Shown piece after piece: positions 1 to 8,867 of a DNA stretch of 38,157 nt; within the stretch, counting starts at the first letter, position 1, and each line of letters opens with the position of its first letter. The stretch covers positions 1 to 38,157 of the forward strand of contig CAYIWE010000001.1 of assembly GCA_964367025.1 (NCBI GenBank), written 5' to 3'. The position numbers were made by a program, and so were the translations under genes. The stretch comes from Candidatus Woesearchaeota archaeon. Its GTDB lineage: Archaea; Nanobdellota; Nanobdellia; SCGC-AAA011-G17; ARS1178. The notes beneath the pieces are model-generated. The model saw nothing but the letters and a program-made list of their open reading frames with translations. It made no database searches and was not told where the DNA came from.

Positions 1-1
1 A

Positions 2-79
2 CATGATAAAAAGATTTTAGAAAAAGAAAAACCATGGAAGATAATTAGAAGTGTAAGAGATTTACCAAAATATATTTAA
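2..79 (+). CDS. 3' end of a CDS truncated by the left window edge
   Basis: Frame 2 is open from the window edge to TAA at 77-79 (HDKKILEKEKPWKIIRSVRDLPKYI*). It is too short to assign a family. Confidence 0.3.
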   Translation, partial: HDKKILEKEKPWKIIRSVRDLPKYI

Positions 80-81
80 AT

Positions 82-114
82 GAACCTTTCTTATAAAGAA
101 ACGTTCACGAAAGA
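82..114 (+). promoter_or_regulatory. Conserved intergenic element, copy A (GAACCTTTCTTATAAAGAAACGTTCACGAAAGA), containing a TATA-like TTATAAAG
   Basis: Nearly the same string recurs at 23318-23348. Both copies start 1-3 nt after the stop codon of the upstream gene and lie upstream of the next same-strand gene. Confidence 0.45.
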
Positions 115-161
115 GATAAAAGGGGTGATTAAAGGTTAATCCATATTTAGATTTTGTAGAC

Positions 162-1403
162 TTGAGTTATAAACCTAAGAATTCTGATTTAATATGTTTG
201 TTTAGAATTGAGCCTGCTAAAAGTATAAGTTTAAAGGAAGCTGCTGGCATGGTTGCTTCTGAATCCAGTAATGGAACATGGACAGAATTAACAACATTAA
301 AAGAACACATAAGGAAGATAAGAGGAAGAGTTTTTTCTATAAAAAAAGATTATGTAAAAATTGCTTATCCTATTGATTTATTTGAATTAGGTAATATGCC
401 CCAAATAGTGTCTAGTATTGCTGGGAATATTTTTGGAATGAAGGGTGTTAATAATTTAAGACTAGAAGATGTAAAATGGCCTAAGCAGATAATTAAAAGT
501 TTTAGAGGACCCCAATTTGGTGTTGAAGGTATTAGAAAATTCATGAAGATTAAAGAAAGGCCGTTATTGGGTTCTGTTCCTAAACCGAAGGTTGGAATGA
601 ATACTAAAGAACATTGTGATACTGCTTATGATATATGGTATGGTGGTTTAGACTTGTTAAAGGATGATGAAAATTTGAGTAATCAAAAATTTAATAGATT
701 TGAAAAAAGATTAAAAGGTTGTATGAAAATTAGAGATAGAGTGGAGAGAGAAACTGGTGAAAGAAAATCTTATTTGATAAATATTACAAGTGAAACAAAG
801 GAAATGATAAGAAGAGCTAAACTTGTTAAAGATTATGGGAATGAATTTGTTATGGTGGATATATTGACTGCGGGTTTTAGTGGATTTCAAACTATTAGAA
901 GTGAGTGTCAGGATTTAAAATTAGCAATACACGCGCACAGGGCGTTTCATTCAACTTTTACAAGAAATCCAATACATGGAGTTTCAATGTTAGTTGTTGC
1001 TGACATAGCAAGATTAATTGGAGCGGATAATTTACATATTGGGACTGTATTTGGTAAATTAGTTTCTCCTGAGGAAGAGGTGATTAATTTAGAAGACGAG
1101 ATTCAGAAAAAATTTGTGAAAGATGGCAAGAATAGGTTAAGTGAAAATTGGTATGATAAAAAGAGAATGTTTGCTGTTTCTTCTGGCGGTTTATATCCAA
1201 GTTTAATTCCAAAAGTCATTAAGATTTTAGGAAAGGATATAATATTGCAAGTGGGTGGAGGAGTGCACGGACATAGATACGGAACTATGGCTGGAGCAAG
1301 AGCAGTTAGACAAATTGTAGATGCTACAATGAAGGGAATAAACTTAAAAGATTATAGTAAAAACAATAATGAACTGAGAGTAGCATTGAGGCAGTGGGGT
1401 TAA
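162..1403 (+). CDS. rbcL: Ribulose-1,5-bisphosphate carboxylase/oxygenase large subunit, archaeal form III
   Basis: RbcL signature blocks are present: ESSNGTW, AGNIFG, PKPKVG, GGLDLLKDDENL, HAHRAFH, SSGG, QVGGGVHGH. The start is TTG at 162, but homology appears to extend upstream (see finding). Confidence 0.92.
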   Translation: MSYKPKNSDLICLFRIEPAKSISLKEAAGMVASESSNGTWTELTTLKEHIRKIRGRVFSIKKDYVKIAYPIDLFELGNMPQIVSSIAGNIFGMKGVNNLRLEDVKWPKQIIKSFRGPQFGVEGIRKFMKIKERPLLGSVPKPKVGMNTKEHCDTAYDIWYGGLDLLKDDENLSNQKFNRFEKRLKGCMKIRDRVERETGERKSYLINITSETKEMIRRAKLVKDYGNEFVMVDILTAGFSGFQTIRSECQDLKLAIHAHRAFHSTFTRNPIHGVSMLVVADIARLIGADNLHIGTVFGKLVSPEEEVINLEDEIQKKFVKDGKNRLSENWYDKKRMFAVSSGGLYPSLIPKVIKILGKDIILQVGGGVHGHRYGTMAGARAVRQIVDATMKGINLKDYSKNNNELRVALRQWG

Positions 1404-1478
1404 AAAATAAGAATTGTTAGATTTTTCCTACTTATCCCTATCCTTAATAAACCAAAACTATATGTGAAGATTTAATAT

Positions 1479-1898
1479 CTACACATACTGTTGTACACAT
1501 GCTCCACCAGTTACATTATGGCCTTTAAAATATCCACCACGTAAAGTGGAACACTTAAATTTTGTAGAACCTATAGAAAACTTACTACAATCAAAATTCG
1601 TACTTCTACACACGGGTTTTCCAATAAGTGGACTAGCTATATAATATTCCCGTAATATAGTTTTAGAAAGACAACGATCAGTATAACCATAACTACTACC
1701 GACCTCAATACTCCCACATGTTCCCGGTAGCATAACAACGTAACCACCGTCAGTATCACGCAGACGACCATAACCTGTACTAGAAAGACCCAAAAATTTT
1801 CCAGTTGGCAAACCAGAATCGCTTAATAAAAGAACAACAACGATAAAAGCAATTAAAGAAACAAATAACCAAGTATTAGAATTCTTTTGTTTTTTCAT
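1479..1898 (-). CDS. Small secreted or membrane-anchored Cys-rich protein
   Basis: N-terminal hydrophobic segment WLFVSLIAFIVVVLLL. The C-terminal Cys-rich module (DTDGG ... YTDRC ... REYY ... GGACV) is shared with the 255-aa protein at 3432-4199. Confidence 0.6.
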   Translation of the reverse strand: MKKQKNSNTWLFVSLIAFIVVVLLLSDSGLPTGKFLGLSSTGYGRLRDTDGGYVVMLPGTCGSIEVGSSYGYTDRCLSKTILREYYIASPLIGKPVCRSTNFDCSKFSIGSTKFKCSTLRGGYFKGHNVTGGACVQQYV

Positions 1899-1946
1899 TA
1901 AATTGATTAAATGATATATATATAAAACTTTCTATGAAAAATTGAT

Positions 1947-3017
1947 TTAGTGTTCTTTTATTATTAATTTTCCTTTTTTTGCAATAAAAATAACTTCTTG
2001 GTCGTCTTTAAAAGTTGTGACTTTATTAATAACTTCTGGCAATTTTATGATTCCTGCTTTTACTTTTATGTTTGTTATCATTTCTTTTATTTCGTTTGAT
2101 TTTTCTACTTCCAATCCCTTAATAATTTTTTTGTAATCTGTCTCTTTTTGTTCTTTAAAAAAGTTGTTTGTTTGTTCTTTTAAAAATTTAGCAATTTCTA
2201 AAGCAATATCTTTTTTTGTTGCTTTTGCCAATCCTTGTATTCCTGGAGATAAGTTTGTTTCTATTACAACCGGTTTTCTGCCTTCTAAAATATCTATACC
2301 GCAAATATCTGCTTCTATTTTTTGGGCTGTTTTTATTGCTATTTCTTCTACTTCCTTGTCCACTTCATAATTTATTCCAATACCACCTCTATGAATATTT
2401 GCCCTTAATTCGTTTGGTTGGGCTTTTCTTTTCATTGCTGCAACAACTTTATCACCTAGAACTAAAACTCTTAAATCTGTGGCATTTGTTTCTATATACT
2501 CTTGGATAATATAAGGTTGTTTAAATACTTCTAAAGTATCTAGAATTGATTTTGCAGAAGTTATTGAATCTGCAAACATTATACCCTTGCCTTGTGTTCC
2601 TGAAGGAATTTTCATGATTATTGGGTAATGGACGTGTTCTAGTAATCTTTTTGCTCCTATTGTAGTTGCTGCTAAATAGGTAGTCGGTATTGGGATTTTT
2701 GATTTTTGTAATTCAAGTGCTGTTAGAAATTTATCGTGACCAACAAAGGATAGAGGTTTTAGTGGCATGTAAGCAGTGTGATTTTTTGCTAGGGTTATTG
2801 ATTTCTTAAGTGAAACATATTTGTAAGAACCTCTGATGTATAAACAATCAAAGTGTTCTAGTGGTTTTCCTTGATATGTTATATGAAGTCCATTTGAGGT
2901 TATATGAACCTCGATTTCTCTTATGTCAATACTTTTTGTCTTTGAAAAATGCTCTTTACATTTATTCAATATATCCTTACTGGAAGGACCACCCAAACTG
3001 ATCAATCCTAATTTCAT
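1947..3017 (-). CDS. RimK-family ATP-grasp ligase with a C-terminal extension of about 70 aa
   Basis: RimK-like ATP-grasp blocks: MKLGLISLGG, IIMKIPSGTQGKGI, IIQEYIE, DLRVLVLGDKVVAAMKR, CGIDILE, VIETNLSPG. Its start overlaps the stop of the retropepsin-like gene by 4 nt. Confidence 0.82.
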   Translation of the reverse strand: MKLGLISLGGPSSKDILNKCKEHFSKTKSIDIREIEVHITSNGLHITYQGKPLEHFDCLYIRGSYKYVSLKKSITLAKNHTAYMPLKPLSFVGHDKFLTALELQKSKIPIPTTYLAATTIGAKRLLEHVHYPIIMKIPSGTQGKGIMFADSITSAKSILDTLEVFKQPYIIQEYIETNATDLRVLVLGDKVVAAMKRKAQPNELRANIHRGGIGINYEVDKEVEEIAIKTAQKIEADICGIDILEGRKPVVIETNLSPGIQGLAKATKKDIALEIAKFLKEQTNNFFKEQKETDYKKIIKGLEVEKSNEIKEMITNIKVKAGIIKLPEVINKVTTFKDDQEVIFIAKKGKLIIKEH

Positions 3018-3358
3018 TTTTTAGATGGGTCTATTAAGAAACCTCGTTTTAAAATATTTTTACCTAATAATAGTTTGTATTTCATGTTTTGCCTATTTGA
3101 TAAATTAAATCTTGCTTTGATCTTTTTATTTTTTATAACTATTGTTGCCTTTATTATTGGTCTTACAGATTTACCTTCACTAGAGATTATTTTTTTTGTA
3201 TCTAAAATCGGGCCTAATTGTAATTCTGAGGCCAAATGTATGTCCATTGAGCTTATATCCGCTCCAGTATCTATTTTTGCTGAGACCTCTTTTTCTTTTA
3301 TGCCTATGACTTTAACTCTTTCTATTAAACCAATGGTTTTTTTTTCATTGTTATCCAT
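3014..3358 (-). CDS. Retropepsin-like aspartic protease domain protein (RimK-associated family)
   Basis: 114 aa with the D-T-G signature KIDTGADISSMD. It is translationally coupled (4-nt overlap at 3014-3017) to the downstream ATP-grasp gene. From memory this matches the COG4067-type family that partners RimK. Confidence 0.7.
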   Translation of the reverse strand: MDNNEKKTIGLIERVKVIGIKEKEVSAKIDTGADISSMDIHLASELQLGPILDTKKIISSEGKSVRPIIKATIVIKNKKIKARFNLSNRQNMKYKLLLGKNILKRGFLIDPSKK

Positions 3359-3431
3359 TACAACATGAAGATAAATTTAGTTATATTTTAAGTTTTCTTA
3401 ATTAAAAATAAAAAAAAAGAAAAAGTTGGTT

Positions 3432-4199
3432 TTATATACATGCACCAGTATCACAGATTGTTGTTTCATTTCCTGCACAACTAGTTGTCATATTCCATCC
3501 CCTGTTTTGAAAACAATAGTATTCTAGCAATGTGGTGTTACTTACACAATAATCGGTGTTAGTGTAGTTAGTATCGTAGTAAGAACCACTAATAGTTCCC
3601 TGTATAGTATAATTTTGTCCATTATCAGTATCGCTACATGAGTTAGGGATTAAACTGTAATCAACCAAAGCATATACTTGTGCAACATAACCACCATAAG
3701 AAGATGTATATGTTCTCATCCCTGCTTCTAATGCATTAAGGTCTTGAACTGTCCATGAACTGCCTGTTGCTGGATTTGTACCATAGGTATAATAGTAGTA
3801 TGAGTAATTACTTCCAAGGTTAAAGAGCCAAGAAACATAATTTGTATTGTTGATTCTTAATAACGGTTGTATCTTGTAGTGTGTGGAGTCATATTGTTTT
3901 GAATAATAATACATTTTAAGATTGTATATAGTTGCTTCTGATAAACCAGTATCTGTAAACCCAAATGATTCTGCAGTTGCATTGCCATTTGAGTATAAGT
4001 AGTCTGCTGTATTTGCTGGATCTTCATCAACACAATCCCATTCAGATGTAGAATTACACCCAACATTATTCCAATTAGAGTATACTCCTTGGCTATTTGG
4101 TCGTAAAGTAATTGTTGCTGCATATACGCTTGTTGACAAAATTCCAATTGTTAATAGAACGACTAATAAAATACTATTTTTTGTTAAACTCAAAGACAT
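3432..4199 (-). CDS. Secreted Asn/Tyr-rich protein with a C-terminal Cys-rich module
   Basis: Signal peptide SILLVVLLTIGILSTSVYA, many N-x-S/T sequons, and a C-terminal SCSDTDNG ... TDYC ... LEYYC ... TGACI module. Confidence 0.65.
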   Translation of the reverse strand: MSLSLTKNSILLVVLLTIGILSTSVYAATITLRPNSQGVYSNWNNVGCNSTSEWDCVDEDPANTADYLYSNGNATAESFGFTDTGLSEATIYNLKMYYYSKQYDSTHYKIQPLLRINNTNYVSWLFNLGSNYSYYYYTYGTNPATGSSWTVQDLNALEAGMRTYTSSYGGYVAQVYALVDYSLIPNSCSDTDNGQNYTIQGTISGSYYDTNYTNTDYCVSNTTLLEYYCFQNRGWNMTTSCAGNETTICDTGACI

Positions 4200-4334
4200 T
4201 CACCTCCTTTGTTTTTTATTTTTAATTAGATTATATGTGGAATATATATAAACTATTGTGCTCACTGTCCAATTAATCTTGGGGGTGGTGGGATAGGGTA
4301 AAATTTATATAATAGAAAAATTAATTTTGATGTA

Positions 4335-5345
4335 ATGGAAAATATTAGTCTAAAGGAGTATTCAAAGTATTTTTTTGTGTTTAGTTTTGTTATGGTTACA
4401 ATAATCTCTTTTCTTATGGTTAAATCATTTGTCCCTGTCATTTTGGGTGCTATTATAACAACGTATACCTTCAATCCAATAAAGAAATATTTGCTTAAGG
4501 TTTTTAAAAATAAGAATTTGTGCTCTGTTTTAACTCTAATCTTGGTCTTTTTAATTATTATATTACCTATATTCTTTTCAATAAAAGTTATTGGCGACGA
4601 AGTTGTTAGTGTTTATAATTATATTGTTACACATGATGTTATTAAAAGTATACCTGGTTTGTCCTTTATTAAACCTGAGTATTTGGTATATTTAGAGGAG
4701 CAGATGGATAGAATAGTTGAAAGAGTGAGTATAGATATAATTAACAAAACAATCCCAGACTTTTTACTGCGTTTACCTAACTTGATTATATCTTTGTTTA
4801 TTATGGTTTTTATAACATTTTATCTGTTTAGAGATGGTGATGAATTTGTTAAAAATGTAAAAGAGTGGTTGCCTATTAATAAAAAAGAGAAAGACAGGTT
4901 ATTTGATAGGATTAATAAAGTAAGTTATGCTGTTATTTACGGTCATATAGTGACTGCATTGATTCAGGGTGTATTAGGTACGATTGGTTTTTTCATTTTG
5001 GGAGTTCCTTCTCCGGTTTTATGGGGTCTTGTAATGTCTATATTTGCTCTAGTTCCTTTTGTTGGCACACCAATTGTTTGGATTCCAATTGGTTTAATTC
5101 AAATAGCTGCTGGCAATACAATTACAGGTATTCTAGTTTTATTATATGGAAGTTTAATTATAAGTTCTGTTGATAATATTATAAAACCAAGGATTATTAG
5201 TAAAAAAGCAAAGGTTCATCCAATCCTCATTTTATTGGGTGTTGTTGGAGGTATAAAATTCTTTGGTGTTGTTGGTTTTATAATCGGGCCTTTAATTTTG
5301 GCCATATTTATGGCGTTTTTAGAGTTTTACGTGGAGGGAAATTAG
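4335..5345 (+). CDS. AI-2E family (PerM/UPF0118-like) transporter
   Basis: Polytopic membrane protein. It has the family-typical block GHIVTALIQGVLGTIGFFILGVPSPVLWGLVMSIFALVPFVGTPIVWIP. Confidence 0.8.
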   Translation: MENISLKEYSKYFFVFSFVMVTIISFLMVKSFVPVILGAIITTYTFNPIKKYLLKVFKNKNLCSVLTLILVFLIIILPIFFSIKVIGDEVVSVYNYIVTHDVIKSIPGLSFIKPEYLVYLEEQMDRIVERVSIDIINKTIPDFLLRLPNLIISLFIMVFITFYLFRDGDEFVKNVKEWLPINKKEKDRLFDRINKVSYAVIYGHIVTALIQGVLGTIGFFILGVPSPVLWGLVMSIFALVPFVGTPIVWIPIGLIQIAAGNTITGILVLLYGSLIISSVDNIIKPRIISKKAKVHPILILLGVVGGIKFFGVVGFIIGPLILAIFMAFLEFYVEGN

Positions 5346-6821
5346 GTGAGGTTTAAGGTCAGAGATATTGATATTTCTGCTGGTGATCTTTTTATTGTAC
5401 TTCTTAATAAGAAAGATGCAGATAAATTAAATTTAATAGCCTTGGATAGGGTAAGGATTAGAAATAAAAAAGAGATTATATGTGTAGTTGATATTTATGA
5501 GGGATGGAAAAAAGTTAAAGAGGGCGAAGTTGGTTTATTTGAAGAGGTTCTTAAAGAGATTGGAGTAAGAAATGGTGAAATTGTTGATGTTGTTCCTGTT
5601 GAAAAACCGATAATTTTAGAGTATATAAGAAAAAAATTAGATGGGAAAAACTTGGAAAGAGAAGAGATTAATGGAATTATAAAAAGTATTTTGAAAAATG
5701 AATTAACTGAAATTGAAAGAACTTATTTTGTTTCTGGGTGTTATGTTCATGGTTTAAGCTTAGACGAGAGTTATTATTTAACCATGGCTATTGTGAATAA
5801 CAGTAAAAGATTAGATTTTGGTAAAAAAATCATTGTTGATAAACATTCTATTGGTGGCGTTCCTGGGAATAGAACAACTATGATTGTTGTACCAATATTA
5901 GTAGCAGCTGGTTTAACTGTTCCTAAAACAAGCACAAGAAACATTACAAGTGTTAGCGGCACTAGTGATACTATGGAGGTTTTAGCTAAAGTTGATTTTA
6001 ATGCTAAAGAAATTAAGGAGATAGTTAATAAAGTAGGTGGTTGTATGGTTTGGGGTGGTGCATTGGAATTGGCAAGTGCTGATGACAGATTAATAAAAAT
6101 TGAGAGACCGTTAAGTTTAGACCCAAAGGGTATAATGTTGGCTAGTATAATGGCAAAAAAGAAGTCTGTTGGTGCTACTCATGTGATTATTGATTTGCCT
6201 TTTGGTGAGGGAAGTAAATTAAAAGATATGGGTGAGGCTATCAAATTAAAGAGTAAATTTATAGAATTGGGCGGGAAATTAGGGATTAAAGTTAAAATAA
6301 TGATTAGTGATGGTACACAACCTGTTGGAAATGGTGTTGGACCTTGTTTGGAATCTATTGATGTTTTAAATGTTTTACTGAATAAAGGACCTGAAGATTT
6401 AAAAGAAAAATCAATTAAAATGGCTAGTGATGTTTTTGAAATGTTGGGTTATAAAAATAGCAGAAAAAAAGCTTTGGAAATTTTAGAGAGTGGCAAGGCT
6501 TATGAAGCTATGGAAAGGATAATAAAAGCACAAAAAGGCAAGATATTTAGACCTGAACAAATAAAACTAGGTAAATTTAAATATAATGTAAAGGCTAAAA
6601 CAAAAGGCAGAGTAAAAAGTCTTGATAATAAGTTAATTAATAAAATTGGTATGGTTTTGGGTGCTCCTAGAGATAAAGGGGCTGGTATTTATTTTAATTT
6701 TAAGAAAAATAGTAAAGTTAATAAAAACGACTTATTGTTTACTTTATACTCAAATAGTGAAGAAAAGTTAAAAAATAGTTTAGAGATTTTAGAAAAAAAA
6801 AGTTTTATAAAGATAGAATAA
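5346..6821 (+). CDS. deoA: AMP phosphorylase (archaeal thymidine-phosphorylase-family enzyme of the AMP/RuBisCO pathway)
   Basis: GTG start directly after the preceding stop codon. It has the AMPpase-specific N-terminal domain (MRFKVRDIDISAGDLFIVLLNKKDADKL) plus HSIGGVPGN, PKTSTRNITSVSGTSD, VWGGALELASADD and SLDPKGIMLASIMAKK. Confidence 0.88.
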   Translation: MRFKVRDIDISAGDLFIVLLNKKDADKLNLIALDRVRIRNKKEIICVVDIYEGWKKVKEGEVGLFEEVLKEIGVRNGEIVDVVPVEKPIILEYIRKKLDGKNLEREEINGIIKSILKNELTEIERTYFVSGCYVHGLSLDESYYLTMAIVNNSKRLDFGKKIIVDKHSIGGVPGNRTTMIVVPILVAAGLTVPKTSTRNITSVSGTSDTMEVLAKVDFNAKEIKEIVNKVGGCMVWGGALELASADDRLIKIERPLSLDPKGIMLASIMAKKKSVGATHVIIDLPFGEGSKLKDMGEAIKLKSKFIELGGKLGIKVKIMISDGTQPVGNGVGPCLESIDVLNVLLNKGPEDLKEKSIKMASDVFEMLGYKNSRKKALEILESGKAYEAMERIIKAQKGKIFRPEQIKLGKFKYNVKAKTKGRVKSLDNKLINKIGMVLGAPRDKGAGIYFNFKKNSKVNKNDLLFTLYSNSEEKLKNSLEILEKKSFIKIE

Positions 6822-6943
6822 TAAGCGGTATTTTAGAAGTTACATTCGAAGAAGAGGCATAGAAAACTTTATATATTACTTATGATTTTAGAAGTATTAA
6901 TAAAACTTAATTATTAAAAGAGGTTAACACGGAGGTAATCTAG

Positions 6944-8785
6944 ATGATATCTAAAAAATTCATTCTAACTTTAGTAGGTATGCTAATTCTAGTTGGTTTA
7001 AGTCAAGTTGTTTTTGCTGAAGATTTTCTTGTACATGGAAATACAACATATAATATAACTAGTAGTACTGGTCCTGATAATTGGACTGCTGGTTATGGTT
7101 GTTTTGATAGTGAGGATGATTTTGCAGGTACAAATAATCATACTGGAACTTATGAGCTTAATATTACTTTGTTTAATAATGCTGATACAAATATAACTAA
7201 TATTAGTATTACTTTTGATATAAAATATCTTAATGTTAGTAATTTTGGTGCTGAGGACACTTTAACAAATATTACTATAAATTGTAGTGAAAATGGAACT
7301 GGTGATTTTGTAGATAATGATGCAGCAATTGGTTTTAATGCATCTCTTATTACAACTGATGGGGAAAATGTATACTTTGGTAATGCAAGTAGTGAATGGA
7401 CTAATTCAACTTTTATAGAAATAGGTATTCCTATATCAGTAAATTATAGTTATTGTGGTGAAGTAGTCAGTGAAATTGAGATAAGAACAATGAATGATAC
7501 AGTATCAATACATACCCTTAATCTCACAATAGGTGTTGATTCAAGTCCACCAACAATTAGGTTTTTAAACGCTACTGATGGTATTAATAATTTAAGTGAT
7601 GCTGCTGGTTCATTTAATGGTACTGATTGGTTATTAAATGGCAGCAATATTATCATAGTAATTGAAGCAGATGATAATAATAATGGCTGGGGTCTTACTA
7701 ATGATACAACATTGTGTTTTGCAAATAACAATGATACAGGTATAGAAAACTGTGTAGATAATGCAAATGTTGGAACAGTGGAAAGAACTAATGCAACTTC
7801 TCAACAAGCTTATAATACAACAAAAAACATATATCATTATGTTTTAGATGCAGCTAATTTCAGTAATGGTACTGGTGCAAATTTAAGCTTTGTATTGTGG
7901 GTTGAAGATGTATTTAATCACTCTAAAACATACAATAATACAGATATTTGGTATTCATTTAGGATGGATGGGGAAGATCCTACAACAAATTTAGTTTTAC
8001 CAGATGATACAACTATATTTACAAGAAGGTCAATAGAACTAAAATGTAATTACGCTGATGGTTATAGTGGAATAAATGGGAGTATTTTAAGAGTTACTAA
8101 ACCTGGTGGAGCTGCAACAGACTATAGTTTGGGTACTTCAGCAATAGCTCAAACATTAACTGATACTGACACATTAGCAGCAGGAACATATACTGCACAG
8201 TGTTTAACAGAAGATAATGTAGATCTGGCAGGTTCAAGTACTACAGGAACATTTACAGTATCTCACCAAGTTACTGCTAGTGGTAGTGCTGCTGCTGCTG
8301 CTCTGGGTGCAATTAGTGTTGATATGGACTTTTCAAAACAAGGTGTAACAAAAAGAACATTTGTTAAAACAAAAGGTAGTGCAATTGAGTTTAGTTTAGA
8401 TGGTAAAACAGAACACAAGATAACTGTGGACAGTATAGGTGAAAAAGATGTTAAATTGACAATAGCTTCAACACCTTCTGAAGCAAGCTTAGTTGTTGGA
8501 GAGAGTGTAGAAGTTGATGTTAATGAGGATGGTGTTAAAGATATAAAAGTTACATTAAAGAGTACAGAAATCTTAAAAGAACAAGCAACATTAGATGTAG
8601 AAAAGATTGAAGGGCAAGCTGTAACTAAACCAACAGTAGAGGAAACAGAAGAAGTAACTGGTGGTGAAGGAGTAACAGGTGAACCAAGTAGCAAAACAGG
8701 ATTGATGATAGCTATAGCAATAATATTGATAGGTATTATAGTCTACTTTTTGGTATTTGGTAAAAAGAAGAAAAAGAAGAGATAA
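6944..8785 (+). CDS. Large surface glycoprotein candidate with a C-terminal TM anchor and poly-Lys tail
   Basis: Signal peptide LTLVGMLILVGLSQVVFA and very many N-x-S/T sequons. C-terminal TM segment GLMIAIAIILIGIIVYFLVF followed by GKKKKKKR. SD GGAGGT lies upstream of the ATG. Confidence 0.75.
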   Translation: MISKKFILTLVGMLILVGLSQVVFAEDFLVHGNTTYNITSSTGPDNWTAGYGCFDSEDDFAGTNNHTGTYELNITLFNNADTNITNISITFDIKYLNVSNFGAEDTLTNITINCSENGTGDFVDNDAAIGFNASLITTDGENVYFGNASSEWTNSTFIEIGIPISVNYSYCGEVVSEIEIRTMNDTVSIHTLNLTIGVDSSPPTIRFLNATDGINNLSDAAGSFNGTDWLLNGSNIIIVIEADDNNNGWGLTNDTTLCFANNNDTGIENCVDNANVGTVERTNATSQQAYNTTKNIYHYVLDAANFSNGTGANLSFVLWVEDVFNHSKTYNNTDIWYSFRMDGEDPTTNLVLPDDTTIFTRRSIELKCNYADGYSGINGSILRVTKPGGAATDYSLGTSAIAQTLTDTDTLAAGTYTAQCLTEDNVDLAGSSTTGTFTVSHQVTASGSAAAAALGAISVDMDFSKQGVTKRTFVKTKGSAIEFSLDGKTEHKITVDSIGEKDVKLTIASTPSEASLVVGESVEVDVNEDGVKDIKVTLKSTEILKEQATLDVEKIEGQAVTKPTVEETEEVTGGEGVTGEPSSKTGLMIAIAIILIGIIVYFLVFGKKKKKKR

Positions 8786-8867
8786 ATTTTCTTTTTTTAT
8801 TTCTTAATTCTTTTATATATTTTTGATTATAGAAAATTATTTAAATTGTTATTAATAAAGAGTCTAT

